NCBI RefSeq assembly: GCF_031769215.1
Contig: NW_026782437.1
Location: forward strand, 620,001-684,000
Direction of reading: 5' to 3'
Length of the DNA stretch: 64,000 nt
From: Ylistrum balloti
Taxonomy: Eukaryota
In this document: positions 1 through 13,120 of the stretch, one piece after another
Layout of the letters: each line of letters opens with the position of its first letter
How positions within the stretch are numbered: position 1 is the stretch's first letter
The notes under the pieces: model-generated
Seen by the model: the letters and a program-made list of their open reading frames with translations, nothing else
Databases searched by the model: none
Told to the model about the DNA's origin: nothing
Made by a program: the position numbers and the translations under genes

Positions 1-109
1 ACATCAATATCTTCCATAATTATCACGTCATTGTTCATCATTTATGTTGAATTTTCATGTGCTTAAATGTCGGGAATTTTCCTCTTCTTCCTAGAGCACT
101 CGGGTCGAA

Positions 110-435
110 AGATCCAGGGCATATTGTTTGTGTGCTGTCTGTTTGTCAACTTTAACGTAGCCCTTAACTATTGCACCGTAAGAGGTAGGACTTTCATATT
201 TGGCATGTGCATTCCTTGTGACTTTCTGGTGATACTAAAATTTTTGACCATGTGACCTTGACCGTGACTTTGACCTACATTTGAAAGTGAAAAAAAAATA
301 TAATTACCACAATGAAGACATAAGTGTTTCACAAAGTGTGCATGCCATTAGCACATGCCTATTACAGTACAGTTTTAATGTTCAGAATTTTGTTACAACC
401 GGGAGCATCGTATTTCATTACCGCATCTTGTTTTC
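110..435 (+). mobile_element. Fragment of a non-autonomous Helentron-associated (HINE/CvA-like) element
   Basis: gggcatattgttt...ctgtctgtttgtc head, tgaccttgaccgtgactttgacc core, and a cgggagcatc subterminal motif followed by a T-tract; same architecture as the elements at 12876 and 24679. Boundaries approximate. Confidence 0.45.
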
Positions 436-2029
436 TTTGGAGACGACATATTTCATTTCTTTCATTTCGCATCCAGAATATAGAATAGTCCTGAAAACTC
501 AGCATCCTTAATGAACAAATAAATTATTGCATAATAATAATAAGTTTATGCACAGTGTTTGGTCCATATTCTTCGCCATTTTTATTTTTAACTCTATAAT
601 ATACTTTAGTAGCTAAGGGCTTCTTTCAAAGTAGAAAGGGAAAATATTATCCTCCCAAAGTACGTCCTGGATCATGTTGTTGATATCACGCTGACATTGA
701 CGGTGTTTCGGCCAGTTTTCTAAAACCCTTTTAGCTGTTTGTATTTTGACACAGTCACGTCTCTCGCGCATTTTTAGAGTCATTCTCACTGAGATTTCGC
801 TGCATTTCTCAATAAGAATAGTTTAAAAATTATTCCTTTCTGAGAATGAAATCCATCATTGGTATACTTCCCTATTCCTTCAGTGGTAAACAACAACGTA
901 AAACGCCACCCATGCCACTGGGATGACTTGGTTGATAAAATGCAGACTGGGTTATTAATGTTCCTATGTCACTGTATTATCTAAATGTTGTTAATAAATG
1001 AATTAAGTTGAATAATAGAAATTGAATTGAATATGTCGACGATGAAAAACATTCATTTCTGAAGTAATCTAATCTTTAGATATATGTAAACTATATACAA
1101 TAAAAAATATTCATAGTATGGTAATTATTTATAATAAATATGCCTTTAGCATACTAATGTTCTGATATAGAGCTGTACATGACGCAGGCAAAAGCCGGAA
1201 CGAGCAGGTGTCCCGCCATTGGAGACCAACTCTCGAACTCTGCTCTCTCCTTCCCTGATCTTTCCCAACCTAATGGACCAATAGATGTCTGTTTACACTT
1301 TCTGACACATAGATAACACGTGACAATCTATGTTGTAATCTGGCAGGAAGTTGACAAAAATATTTCACTTTGATTGATCTTATATGACCACCCTGACCGT
1401 CGACCAGACTTGCCTCAAGGCATATGACAGTCGCATGTATTGGATTGCTTAAAATGTCCTAACTAAAATAAAAGAAATGACCATATATGTAATTATAGTT
1501 CAACTGTCGGAGTACATGGAGGAAATTAATTCACAGATGTCGAACGTACACCCCATTTTGGGCATTACGTCGTATTCAGCTAACGTATGACACAGCCAGA
1601 GGTAACTGCATGTCTGATGATATATATTTATGTTTATTACCTGCCCAATGGTCATAAAAAACTCAAACATCAGTCTTGTTGTAAGAGTTTAGAGATAAGC
1701 CTCGAACTGGTCAACATTAGTAGCAGACAGATATTGGCCCGAACGGGGCATCTATCGACCCTCTGTCAAATTTATTCTTCAGTTTATTAACATAATTACG
1801 GTTACAGAGTTAAATGAAAGTGATTAAAATCTAATTTTATTATATCAAATTTGAATCATACCATTTTGACATGAAATGTTTTGGCCTTTTTGCCTTCGCT
1901 TAGTTCTTTCAGATCAAAATTTAGGAGAGGAGGTTTCAGGTCCAATCAATAATTTCGAAAGGAAAGTTTTTTAATTATAGGTAGGATAAGGATGGTAATT
2001 TTATAGCACGAGATATACTGATAGCTGAC

Positions 2030-4990
2030 AAAAAACATTGATAACCTTGTAGGTCAAATTTAGATACACCGACTCGGCTTCTATCAGCAAAAATAGATTT
2101 AGTATATGTAGTATGGTAATGCGTTTTGTATCGTATGTGACAAGTTAAACTTAGTGTTGAATACTGAAATAGAATATGAAAAATTTTAAAGAAATAAAAA
2201 TAATTCAAATGCAATTGTCAAAGTGATAGAATTGATTGAAAATTCAAATTTAGTTGATATATATAGAGAACAACACCCACAGTGTAGGCGATATACATGG
2301 AGAATGTGTCCCTCCATTAAACAAGCTCGCCTAGACTTTTTTTCATTAGACCTTGCTATTTCAAATAAGAGAAAACACTATTTCATTTTCATTTCAGAAC
2401 TAACTAAACAAGAAAATATTCTTATAGAATCTATAGCAAAGCTTGAATGTGAGGTTGACTTACAGATTGAAATCTAGAAAATCAGGCAATCCAAATTGAT
2501 AGGTATTATGATAAGGTCAAAAGCGAATTGGGTTGAAGAAGGAGAAAAACCTCAAAACTGATTCCAATGTAGAAAATGGGGAAGTCGTAAGAAACAAGAG
2601 GACATTCTTACTTAAATTAAATCATTTTATGGACGACTGTTTTCTAGTGACTCTGATATTGAAGATGTGAACCTTGATCAGCTTTTGTTCTTTATAAAGT
2701 AAAATCATACAGAAGTCTTTATCACTGGTAGGAAATATTACGTATAGCGAATTTTTTAAAACAAATGAAAAATGATGAAATCCTGGTTCAGCTGGATTTA
2801 CATCAGAATTTGTTAAGCATATTTTTGGAAACAATTAGTAAAATTTGTAGTAAGATCTATTAATTATGGATATGAACATGGAAAATTATAAGTAACACAA
2901 AGACAGAAAAGTATTACATGCTTACCAAAGGGAGATAAGCCAAGACAAGTTCTGAAAAATTGGAGACCAATTTGCCTTCTTAATATTATATATAAAATTG
3001 CATACAAATCAATTAATTCAGATCAGTCAGAAATCATCTCGTGCAGATTTATAGGGAAAAAGTCAAGATTAGTATATGATGTTATGCATTATGCCGAGGA
3101 ACATTATAGGCAGGTGAGCTTTTGATTGTTGATTTTGAAGAGGCATTTGATTCTGTCATCTGGGGTTTTATTGATAAGGTATTACATTTTTAAACTTTGT
3201 GTTACAATATTAAGAGTTGGATAAAAATCTTTCATAATAACTCAATGTCTGCCATAAATTAAGGTGGTAATCCCTCAGTTTTTCCGATATTAAGAGGGGT
3301 AGATGTCAAGGTGTCCCAATTGCTCCATATATCTTTTTTATATAATGTGCGGAAACTCTTGCTATTAAACTAAGAAATAATAAGTGCATTCATGGTATAG
3401 AAATAACTAATTGTCAACTGCTAATTCCTCAATATGCAGATGATACACTTTTATTTTAGATGGAACAAAGAAATCTGGAAATTTGCAAAAATATCTGGTC
3501 TGAAAATTATTACAAGTAATATGGATAAGAGATAAAAAGTATAGTGATGAAATCTATTACCCATACCTACACATGCAATAAGGACACATTTCTACTGCTA
3601 GGCTTAGAATTTCATGTTGATTTACATCAGATACCTAAACTTAATGTGTATGATGGTAAAAGTGTGATTGTCTTATTAACTGTTATTTATCCAATAAGTT
3701 GTATAACTTACGGAAATAAATTGAATTCAATCCATCAGATGGTAAATGAAAAGTAGTAGTTAGCTTTGTGCCTATAAAGGTATACTTATCAGTTCTCGAC
3801 TTGATTCTCTTGGTTTAAACATATTTTATTGCCAAAATATATTTGAACAAGGGAATTGGGCACAAGTCATAACAACTTAATGGAGTCCTCTTCCATCATA
3901 CATTTTCAAATACATGCTTATAAAGATATAGGCTTAAACATAAATTATACATATTTAGCATTCACACACAGATATAAATACATGTATAAGAATCGTTTAA
4001 AACCTTTCCGAATCTATCCAATATTCAACAGAAAATTTGTGTTGGAAAGATGCATAGAAGAATTTGGCGACCAGAGAAAGTATTTTGAGGAACAAACACT
4101 TAGACATGTTGAAAAAACTTATTTTGGATAACAGACTTTTAAAGACAGGAGACAAAAGAATTTATTTTTTATAAGGAATGGTTCAATAAAGGTGTTAGGT
4201 TTATTCACGACATAATAAAATATTGTAATACCAGTATATTTTACACCTTGGATGAATTTATATAAAGAATTCACATAAACACAGATTTCCTCACAAATCA
4301 AGGAATTACCTGTAATATAAGGAGTATCTGGGTAGGAATATCTCAAATTGTGGCAACACACTATCCATACATACCTAAATATTTTAAAATACTTTTGAAA
4401 CATAAAATGGGGACAAAAGACTTTAATAACATACTGTATATAAACGTTACTATACCTACAAGGAAAAGCAAACGGAATGCAATGTTTAAATTTGACAAGG
4501 AAACCTTGAAACTAATATATATTACTACTTTTCGGGTGACTAACAATTCAAAATTACACTGGCTACACAGCATAGAATTAACATCAGATTTTAACATCTG
4601 ACCATTTTTAACTAAGATTGGTCTTGTGATTAGTGCATATTGCTCTCACGGTAAGACAGAAATGAAAACAACAATTCATATACTATGGTAATGTATCAAG
4701 GTCCAACATTGTATTCAAAATTTTGAACTACTTCTTGAAGTCCTTTCAATTCCATTTGCTTTTTATAAAGAAAATTCCAGTTCTGGGTTGTTGACAGTGT
4801 TTATAATAGAGTTGATAATATGATTATTTTAAATATAAAACAGCATCTTTATAGGACAAGAAGATTACTATTAATTTATCGGTGCAGACATTGGTTAAAT
4901 TTATGAGGCATACAACATGGATATACAGCTGTCAGCAAAGATGGGACATTTATTAGGAAGTTAGATAATGAATGAAATACATGGACACAA
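2030..4990 (+). mobile_element. Degenerate L1/Tx1-clade non-LTR retrotransposon ORF2 (APE C-terminus, RT, C-terminal region), many stops and frameshifts
   Basis: Fragments translate to LVDIYREQHP..YTW..KQARLDFF (end of endonuclease), IMIRSKANWVEEGEKP, LPKGDKP..KNWRPICLLNIIYK, DFEEAFDS, QYADDT (~3431) and a C-terminal region. Ends approximate. Confidence 0.85.
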
Positions 4991-5081
4991 CTGCTTGATA
5001 CCTAAATCCAGTTTTTGCCAAAATGGAATTATAAAAAATATATGATCAGCCATTTTTTATAAGTTTTTATTCGTTTTTATA

Positions 5082-5153
5082 TGATGATGATGCTGTACTG
5101 ATCATGAACATGATGAAGTTGTACTGGGCATAAGGATGATGATGTTCTACTGA

Positions 5154-5187
<34 letters not shown>

Positions 5188-5320
5188 GGTGGTGGTGGTG
5201 GTGAGGAGGAGGAGGAGGAGGTGGAGGAGGAGGATGTACTGGTCATGATGTAGAAGATTACCGTCTAGATGACGATGATGAAGATGATAATTTTGTAGTG
5301 ATGATAATGATGATGTGCAC
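5082..5320 (+). repeat. Compound trinucleotide microsatellite (GAT)n/(GGT)n/(GGA)n with TGTAC interruptions
   Basis: Directly visible; produces the spurious poly-T/I/L ORF 5077..5382(-). Confidence 0.9.
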
Positions 5321-5521
5321 ATGGTGAAATGGATCAAAACCGATAATAATTGACAATAGCTTAACATGCACCATTTTCCCAACTATTTCCCGATAACACG
5401 TATGCAACGAACTGGATAGATAAATTTGGCTTCAATTAAAAATAATTCATATTTAAAAAATTGAAAATCGCCAAACTAGTTTCAATCGTAGCCCAACAAC
5501 TGCACATCAGAAATAGTAAGC

Positions 5522-5554
5522 GGCCGGTTAGCTCAGTCGGTTAGAGCGTCGTGC

Positions 5555-5588
<34 letters not shown>

Positions 5589-5639
5589 AGCGTCGTGCTA
5601 ATAACGCGAATGTCGTGGGTTCGACCCCCACACTGGCCA
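5522..5639 (+). tRNA. tRNA-Ile(AAT) gene interrupted in the anticodon loop by a 44-nt insert (T-run, A-run and 13-bp duplication); probably non-functional as a tRNA
   Basis: Removing the insert gives a 74-nt cloverleaf: acceptor GGCCGGT/ACTGGCC, D-arm GCTC..GAGC, anticodon arm TCGTG-CTAATAA-CGCGA, T-arm GTGGG-TTCGACC-CCCAC, discriminator A, TTTTT terminator at 5645-5649. AGAGCGTCGTGCT occurs at 5543-5555 and 5587-5599. Confidence 0.93.
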
Positions 5640-6559
5640 TATAGTTTTTGCTCTTTTTATTTTTTGTTTCTTTTATTGACGTCAAAAACCACAAACTACA
5701 ATTACAATTAGAGATCTCAATATTGGTCAACTGTATTTCATTCGGAACTATATTTGTTGAAGGCAATGAAAAAAAACAACTCCGTTTGTCTTCCATATTG
5801 GCTACAATTTTACTATCATCATTAACATGATTTATTTTAATAAAAATGACAGAATAAAAAAAATATTTTTTTTTTTACGTTGAAACTATATTGACAATGC
5901 TCCTAAAACAGAAACAATACTATTCTTAATTACTTTAAACTCTTTCGTGTGTTTGGAAATGTTTGTTTGTCCTGTTTATCGCCACGCCCATGGAGGTTTT
6001 CTTTGCTTTCCTCTAACCGGAGATTTACACGTTTTTTTCAGTCGGTACGTCCAGACACCCGTCCCATGTGGTCATGACTGTTGGTGTCCCCTTTAACACC
6101 CGTCCCCATGTGACCCTGGTTGTTGGTGCCTTCGTCCTCACATGACTGCAGCTGTTGGTATCTTCCTAGACTCTCGTCTTCGTGTGACCATGATTAAACC
6201 TTCAACAAATAAACAAAATATTTACATATTCATGCACGGTAATGACAAAACAAACCAATGTTGTTGTATTTTTTAAACTTAGATGTATACAATTGTATGT
6301 CAATGTAAACTTGTGTTCATGTTTGACACATCAGGGTAATGCAGTATGATGACTATGTTCTCGAGAAAAGTTCAGAAAAGTTGGGAAAATGCTCAAAGTC
6401 ATTTATAATTTACAATCATTACTGAGCTTGTGTTAACGATGGAAATGACGTATCTAAAATGTCCAATTGTAATGTCGGGGAAAAACAAGGGGAACATCTA
6501 TCGCCATTTTAATTTGCTATTCATCTTAATGATACCGAGGATTTTCTTGCATAACAAAG

Positions 6560-6902
6560 TGTTATTTGTCTAAAAACAATAAAAAAAGTTGGATGAAAAC
6601 ATAGAAACATACATGAGACTGCTTATATTATTATATGCAGACTATACTATCACCATTTCTGAATCAGCTGTTGGGCTGCTTTCGATACGTTTGAATTATA
6701 TTGTCACACTTGGAATCCTGAGATGAATATCAACAAAGAGAAAAATACAGAACATGGTTACATTTCATTGTATGTAATGAAGAACTTGATACTCTGGAAT
6801 TATTTCCTTATTTGGGTGTCTTAATATGTTCTATTGGAAGTTTCTATAAAGCAAAAATGAAATTATTGGAACGGTCCAAAAAAGATATGTTTGCAATCTG
6901 AA

Positions 6903-6961
<59 letters not shown>

Positions 6962-7637
6962 ATAGATGTAAGAATTAATTTCCGACCTGTAGGCCTTCAT
7001 TTGTATTACCAATTCTTCACTGTTCAGTAGATGTATGGGGTTTTGAGAATGTAAATTCTATTGAAAAACTAAATTTTAATTCTTCAAGTGTATATAAGAT
7101 ATTAATTGAAGTACATATGTACACCAAACTTCATTTTTAATGGAGAAATTGGGAGAAACATCTTTATATCTTAAAGTTAAAAGCAGAGTAACGTTGTGTT
7201 TTGGTTTAAATTGATAACAAGTAATTATCTGTTTAACATTATGTATCACTTATCGTTTAATATAAACCAATTGTACTATGGACTTTTAATAGTTCTAGAA
7301 TGTTCATGATAAATTTAGAGAAACTGGTTTAGATTTAATCTGGGAATACCAGGAAACATGTATGTTTAGAAGAGATTAGTTAAATCTGGTTGTAATACAA
7401 AGATTATAAGATCAGTTTATGCATTAGTAGTATAACGATACAGTGAACTCTTCAACAGGCTTACTTATTCTATATTGAAAACATATCTTGTGAAACTTTA
7501 GTCAAACAAAAGACAAATTGTTGTTAAGTTTAGAACTTCAAGCATATATTTTCCTACTAAGACTGGAAGATGGATTGGAATTCCGAAAGAAAACATAACT
7601 TGTAATCTGTGTTTTAATTGAATTGGTGATGAATATC

Positions 7638-7650
<13 letters not shown>
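6560..7650 (+). mobile_element. Degenerate 3' part of a CR1/L2-group LINE ORF2
   Basis: VWGFENVNSIEKL (~7034) and KFRTSSIYFPTKTGRWIGIPKENITCNLCFN*IGDEYHYLF (~7526-7650), the usual C-terminal signature of such RT ORFs; interrupted by (AAAT)n at 6901-6963. Confidence 0.65.
6901..6963 (+). repeat. (AAAT)n microsatellite
   Basis: Directly visible. Confidence 0.95.
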
Positions 7651-7669
<19 letters not shown>

Positions 7670-8091
7670 TATTTACATGTGTTAAATATATCTCGTAACA
7701 TCTTGTTTGTTACATTTGCTAATTTGTGTAAAGTACTAGCCGGGTAGAGAAATTTAAAGTGAATTTCATGAAAAGTGAAAACTTCAACCTCTGTTATCTA
7801 GCTTGAATACTGGTTAAGATGGCTCAATTTGTAGGCCGATCATAAAGTTACCTACAAATTGTCAGTTGCCTAATACTTGATTCACTCATGACTCATGAAA
7901 TAAAATGTGAGATTGATTCTTACAGAGACCATTTATGACCGTTAAGTCACAATTTTATTTCAGATGGATGGTCAGAATATATTCGTTTTATATTTGAAAT
8001 AATTGATTTTTTTTTCACTTATAATTCAATGTAATAATTGGAAAACTTCCAGGAAATAAAATTTTAAAAATATAAATGACCCCCGATCCTA

Positions 8092-8155
<64 letters not shown>

Positions 8156-8156
8156 A
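8092..8156 (+). repeat. (AAAG)n microsatellite
   Basis: Directly visible. Confidence 0.95.
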
Positions 8157-8399
8157 TTACCTTTGTCGTTTCAGTACAGAATACGAATGCAGGTAAATGA
8201 TTTACTGTCAAACGCGTAATGTTTCACTATTCGTGGTGAACTAATTAATTTTAGATTAATTTTTTTTTCATTTAAATAGGTTAATAAATGCAACGAAAAA
8301 AAATAATGTTTTCTTGTTTTTATTGTAATGAAATATTCACCTGATAAGTTGAAATGATATTGAATAATGAAGATAATAAAATAATAAAATAAAATAAAA

Positions 8400-8438
<39 letters not shown>

Positions 8439-8689
8439 AATAAAAATCAATTAAAATAAAATCAATCAAGCAATCATGGCCCATGGATCAATAAATCCCA
8501 TACCCGAATTTTATAAATCTTAGCTATATAGTAGAATCTGTAAAGGCAATCTGAATTCTATTCGTTGTCCTTCAATGTTGCAATTGGACTTCATTCTAGT
8601 TTATATTAAATCGTACTGGTTATATGCCTATATCTGGTTAAACTGTCTGATGTATGCAAAGATTATTAACATGCTATGACATCTTCGTC

Positions 8690-9460
8690 GACGTGAACAT
8701 TCGTAGTCATCAGTGTGACGACATACCTAACTAACGGCAGCAAAACAAACGTGACGTCACAAAACACGCACTCACTGGGCACCACAACACGGAAAATACT
8801 CATCCGCCATATTGGAATAAACAAGCTGTGCTCGCTTGTCAAATAAACACTGTTTTCGTCAAGATTAGACTCAATTTAAAGCCATGGTGTTGCATTCGTG
8901 ATGGATATTTATTAAGGATCATTATGAGGTAAGCACACAACTGACAACCCGTTATTTCTTTCGCAGTCGATCTATTTTTGTTTGGAAGCGCGAACGGCGG
9001 CCATTTCTAATTTCAAATTTCTTTGTGCGAACACATCACCCAAGCAGTCAATCATGATCCTTTGTAGTATTGTTGATTTGTACAACAACGTGACTGAATT
9101 CACACATTTTCAGATTATAAGTGATCTTGTAATAGGGTATGTCCATAGATAGGTATGAAAGGTTATATAATTACAACCGGAAACAATTGCTCGACGGCGT
9201 GCGACGCGTGGTCCGTCGATTTCGGCGTCGTATTTTTTTTCTATTTGGCTGATCGTTTCCAACTATCCATGGCTTCACTCAGCTTTTTGTCATGTTGGAA
9301 TGCATTTGTATATAAATAGCGTTATGTTAGTTTAGCGTTTCACTTCGTCAAATTTGCCACATTTGAATGGATATTACGGTTCGATCATCGTGACAATGAC
9401 GTTAGTGTATGACGTCATATTTATCTACATTTTTGGTCCGCTAAACGACACGATTACCAA
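8690..9460 (+). promoter_or_regulatory. CpG-rich promoter and non-coding first exon (donor AG|GTAAG at 8928/8929), probably of the NRF-1-like gene
   Basis: Local CpG enrichment against a CpG-poor gene body; CRE palindromes GTGACGTCAC (8751-8760) and TGACGTCA (9410-9417); YY1-type CCGCCATATT (8804-8813) and GGCGGCCATTT (~8996); strong 5' splice site. Link to the downstream exons is inferred. Confidence 0.6.
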
Positions 9461-9745
9461 CAGTTTCTTTGCCTAGCAATGGCCATCCCAATTTCCCACA
9501 TACCTATGAGGTGATCATTATAAACAAGTGTACAGATGTAGGTCAGTCAACATTTCTTGTCCTATTTCTTCGTAGTGGGTCCGGGGATAATACATTGCGA
9601 GTGTTTGAAAATATAAGATAGAGTTTTGTTAGGATAAAGTAGGATAGGAGTGTTAGGCCAAGATACAGTGTATATTTTAATGCACTGGTAATGTAATTTC
9701 TTAATCTTGCAACATCTCATTCATTGGTGCCAGTCATTCCATAAC

Positions 9746-10390
9746 AGGACAGGTTCATACCAGTTGTTCATATCACAACAGACTCATACCAGATGTTCCA
9801 TACAAAAGTTTGGTGATTTTGTATCAAATACAAAAGCCTTTTCGTACTAGTATTTTGATTGTTACGTACTACGAAAGAACAAATTTTGTACCATATGATA
9901 TATTTTCAGATTCAAGTTTTGGACATGAATAAGATGGGTGTTTTTAGAACATTTATTTATGTGTACTCTATACTGATATTTGATGATATAAGTCATATCT
10001 ACTGACTTCCCCTCGTTATTCTTATACATGATGTGTTATCCTAGTGCCTTTGAGGAAAAAAACCCTTCGGTAGAAATGTCAGTAATATTGTTATGCCTTC
10101 CTGACATTTTCAATATAGTTCTCTTAAATGGTAAATACTAAAGCTGACTAACACCTTCTTCAACCTTCTGCAATAATGCTGCTGTGGTCAACATTACGCC
10201 ATTGGCGAACAAAGTTGCACCGAAAAGTTTGGATACAAGTCAGCCTTACTGTTTGGTACATAATGACTCCAGCATTTATTTTGGTACAAATATATTGTGG
10301 TACATATTGACTTGGCTTTGGTATGAACTGATCAAACATTTTTGTAAATAACAACCAAATGCTTGGTACGAAACATCTGGTAGAGTGTCC
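9746..10390. mobile_element. Putative MITE with repeated inverted termini (ggaca..cataccag..gtt / aac..ctggta..tgtcc)
   Basis: actcataccagatgttcc (~9782) is the approximate reverse complement of gaaacatctggtagagt (~10370); no clear TSD. Confidence 0.4.
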
Positions 10391-10967
10391 AGCTGTTAGC
10401 TAGAGAAAAAATAGATGACAATGACAGCTCCAGTGGAAGGATGAAAACGAACTAGGGCCTGTTGAAAAAGTGAATTTCAGATTATATCCCGAGGGGTGTG
10501 GGGTGGGGAATCTAATATAGGGGTGTAATGATACAACTGAAGAATGTTATAATACATTCTGTTGACTGCATCAGAATATGTATTGTAATGTATCACCAAT
10601 CACATTTTGACATTATTTGTGTCTTTCTGTTCTACATGGAACAATTTCTCTATGAATAAAAGACAAGTCCAAACGCTTTTATAACTGATAACAGGGTCTC
10701 GCAAATGTTTCATTTTTGCAAATGTCCAAGTTGCCAAAAAATCGGCAGAGTGATTTCAAGTTAAAAACCCTTAACAAATTACTATAAAACATCGAAATTT
10801 TAATATATTGCTATATCATATACACAGGTATGCGTAGTTTTTTACAGCTATACAATACATAATTTTTGTGTATTACAGCATACAGATCTAACAATACTGT
10901 ATATCATTACACCCCTATTCTGTAGAAAGTTATCAAAATACAGAGATTTGATGTTACCCAACCAATT

Positions 10968-11345
10968 CAGGGGTCCGGAAAAGCACTCGTCCGATCGTCA
11001 TGGACGAGTGAAAATTGTCTCGGGCAACCAGATTTATCTTTGTGAGTTGTCCGTCGCACGAGTACTTCTTAACTATGATATTAATGTTACAACTTCAATT
11101 TCAATAAGAATGTAAAGAAAATTTAAAACAAACAAAAGTGTTTACGATACTTCGGAAACAAAATATTCCAGTCTACACTCTAACTTTTGATTACACAGGA
11201 ACTCCCATGACGTCAAATATAGCATTCGGAATACCTTAGTCATTTCCCGCGGTCATACTGATGTCAGGAGCTCTCGGGTGGTACCAACATGTACCAGCCC
11301 ACTAGTCCTGTGCCTAGTGGTTTAATATATTTTTCCAGACCCTTG
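10968..11345. mobile_element. MITE with CAGGGG terminus and 5-bp TSD CAATT
   Basis: TIR caggggtccggaaaa / ttttccagacccttg (13/15 match); caatt at 10963-10967 and 11346-11350. Confidence 0.65.
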
Positions 11346-12875
11346 CAATTATTTGGTTTTGGCCACAATTTTTTGTAATGGTATATTTTAGCCTAAAATA
11401 ATGTAAGAATGTTTGTAGTCTGTAGCATCCCTCCTCTCTCGGCACACAGATGTCTGCAAAAGCTGGTCTTGTCCCCTTTAACTTAGTCTGGTGAATATGC
11501 ATAATTTGGGTGCGAAATGAGGTGTGAAGTCAAAGTGTTACTTCAGCGATAGTGATACTCTATTTACCTAATAAGGGTTTTACAGTTGAAACTTATATTT
11601 GTATAATGATTGTTTACAACTTGATGTACAACAACAAAAAATGAAGTGTTTTAAAAGTTTTAAAGGAACGGAATTTCAACACTCAGTTCTTCCAAGTCAT
11701 TTAACTTAAATGCTTTTGCTGCTTAATTGTTTTCTGAGATTCATATATATTTGTTTTAATTAGTCCTGCATATCTGCACAATTCTCATGTTTACGTTACG
11801 ATTGTTGACACACATACACATGTATGGAACATAAACTGAGTATACGTCTGTCACAAAACAATGTTATACCTCTGAAACTGACAATCCTAAATCATGAGAA
11901 ATCTTGAACATTAGTATAATCATATTCCATGTTACATAATGTTATGTCATAACAGTATAATAATAGCTGTTCTTACCTCGATCACGTATTCGGATATGTA
12001 CATATGTATAGTCAAATATTGCCAATTCACAACCGCTCGATGTGGATTTTCTGCTTATATGAGTGTTTGTTTAAGTTTTTACATAATAATATAGTGTTTA
12101 GTCAAAGTAGAATATTTCACTTTCAATCAATTAGGGTATCAAGATAAAACAGATCATATGAGGAGTGTCTGCCTTCTTACTGCTATTTACATATTACACA
12201 TGGTCAGTCGAAACAACACTTTAAATTTGATGTCACATGTACCTCATGATCACTCATTAAATTTCTCTCTCATGGGTAATGAGTAATTTCAACTGCCTAA
12301 AAACAGGTACCGGGATATGTATTTGAGCGGCATGATGTTGGTGGTAGTGCTTTTAAGCTTATGAACGAATGAATTTTTTCCAACGATAACTAACATCCTC
12401 TCATTGATCTCTCCTAGAACTCGACCAGCAATCACTTCAATATTACGTAAGGATGTTGGAAAAATGCACTGTATAATAATTTACCTTTCTCAAGCAGTTT
12501 TTATCCATGAAACAAGTTTAAATATTCTTCGCAAGTTGTGATTGGTTATATATGAATATCAAAATCAAGGTCATTATTATTTGGTTGAACGACAGTAAAT
12601 ATTATATCACCAACATCTAAGCATCTTAATGAATGCACATAAACACTGGTATCTTGCTGCGGTATTTATGAGGGAAAAAAAAATTAGATAATAGATAATG
12701 ATACCAAGACATGTCAATGGACATCAGGTGATATTTTATAGGTATGCACATAGGTTTTATTACATGCAATATAATTAAAACAGTATGATCTGGTTGCCTG
12801 TGGTCTGATCTCTATTCAAGCCTCCATGGCATTGTCTGTGTTACATGAACTTACTTGATGATTTACATTCTAGCA

Positions 12876-13120
12876 TTTTTACCCCACAGTCCGAAAGGGT
12901 GTGGGGTATTGCGATCTTGCACAGCGTCCGTCCGTCCACAATTGCATACCGCTTATTATCTCAAAAACTACATCACCGGTCATCACCATTTTCAGTGGGG
13001 ATGTTGGGCCTATGGACCTACACAACCCATTCTTGCGATAACTTTCCACTCACCCCAACCACACATTTCCAACTTTATGATAAGGCTGTGGGGTATTGCC
13101 AGCGTTTGCAGAGCTATTTT
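12876..13120 (+). mobile_element. Non-autonomous Helentron-associated (HINE/CvA-like) element
   Basis: T-tract + taccccacag 5' subTIR, nearby inverted tgtggggta, (GTCC)n microsatellite, 3' subTIR ctgtggggta (13086-13095), terminal T-tract. Confidence 0.6.

Noticed and set aside
1880-1920. U2 snRNA-like ggccttttt..agatcaa
   Set aside because: Only short scattered matches, with no branch-point recognition region or Sm site.
8670-8716. Possible minus-strand hammerhead (CTGATGA...GAAG..GTC)
   Set aside because: It has GAAG instead of GAAA, and neither stem I nor stem II pairs convincingly.
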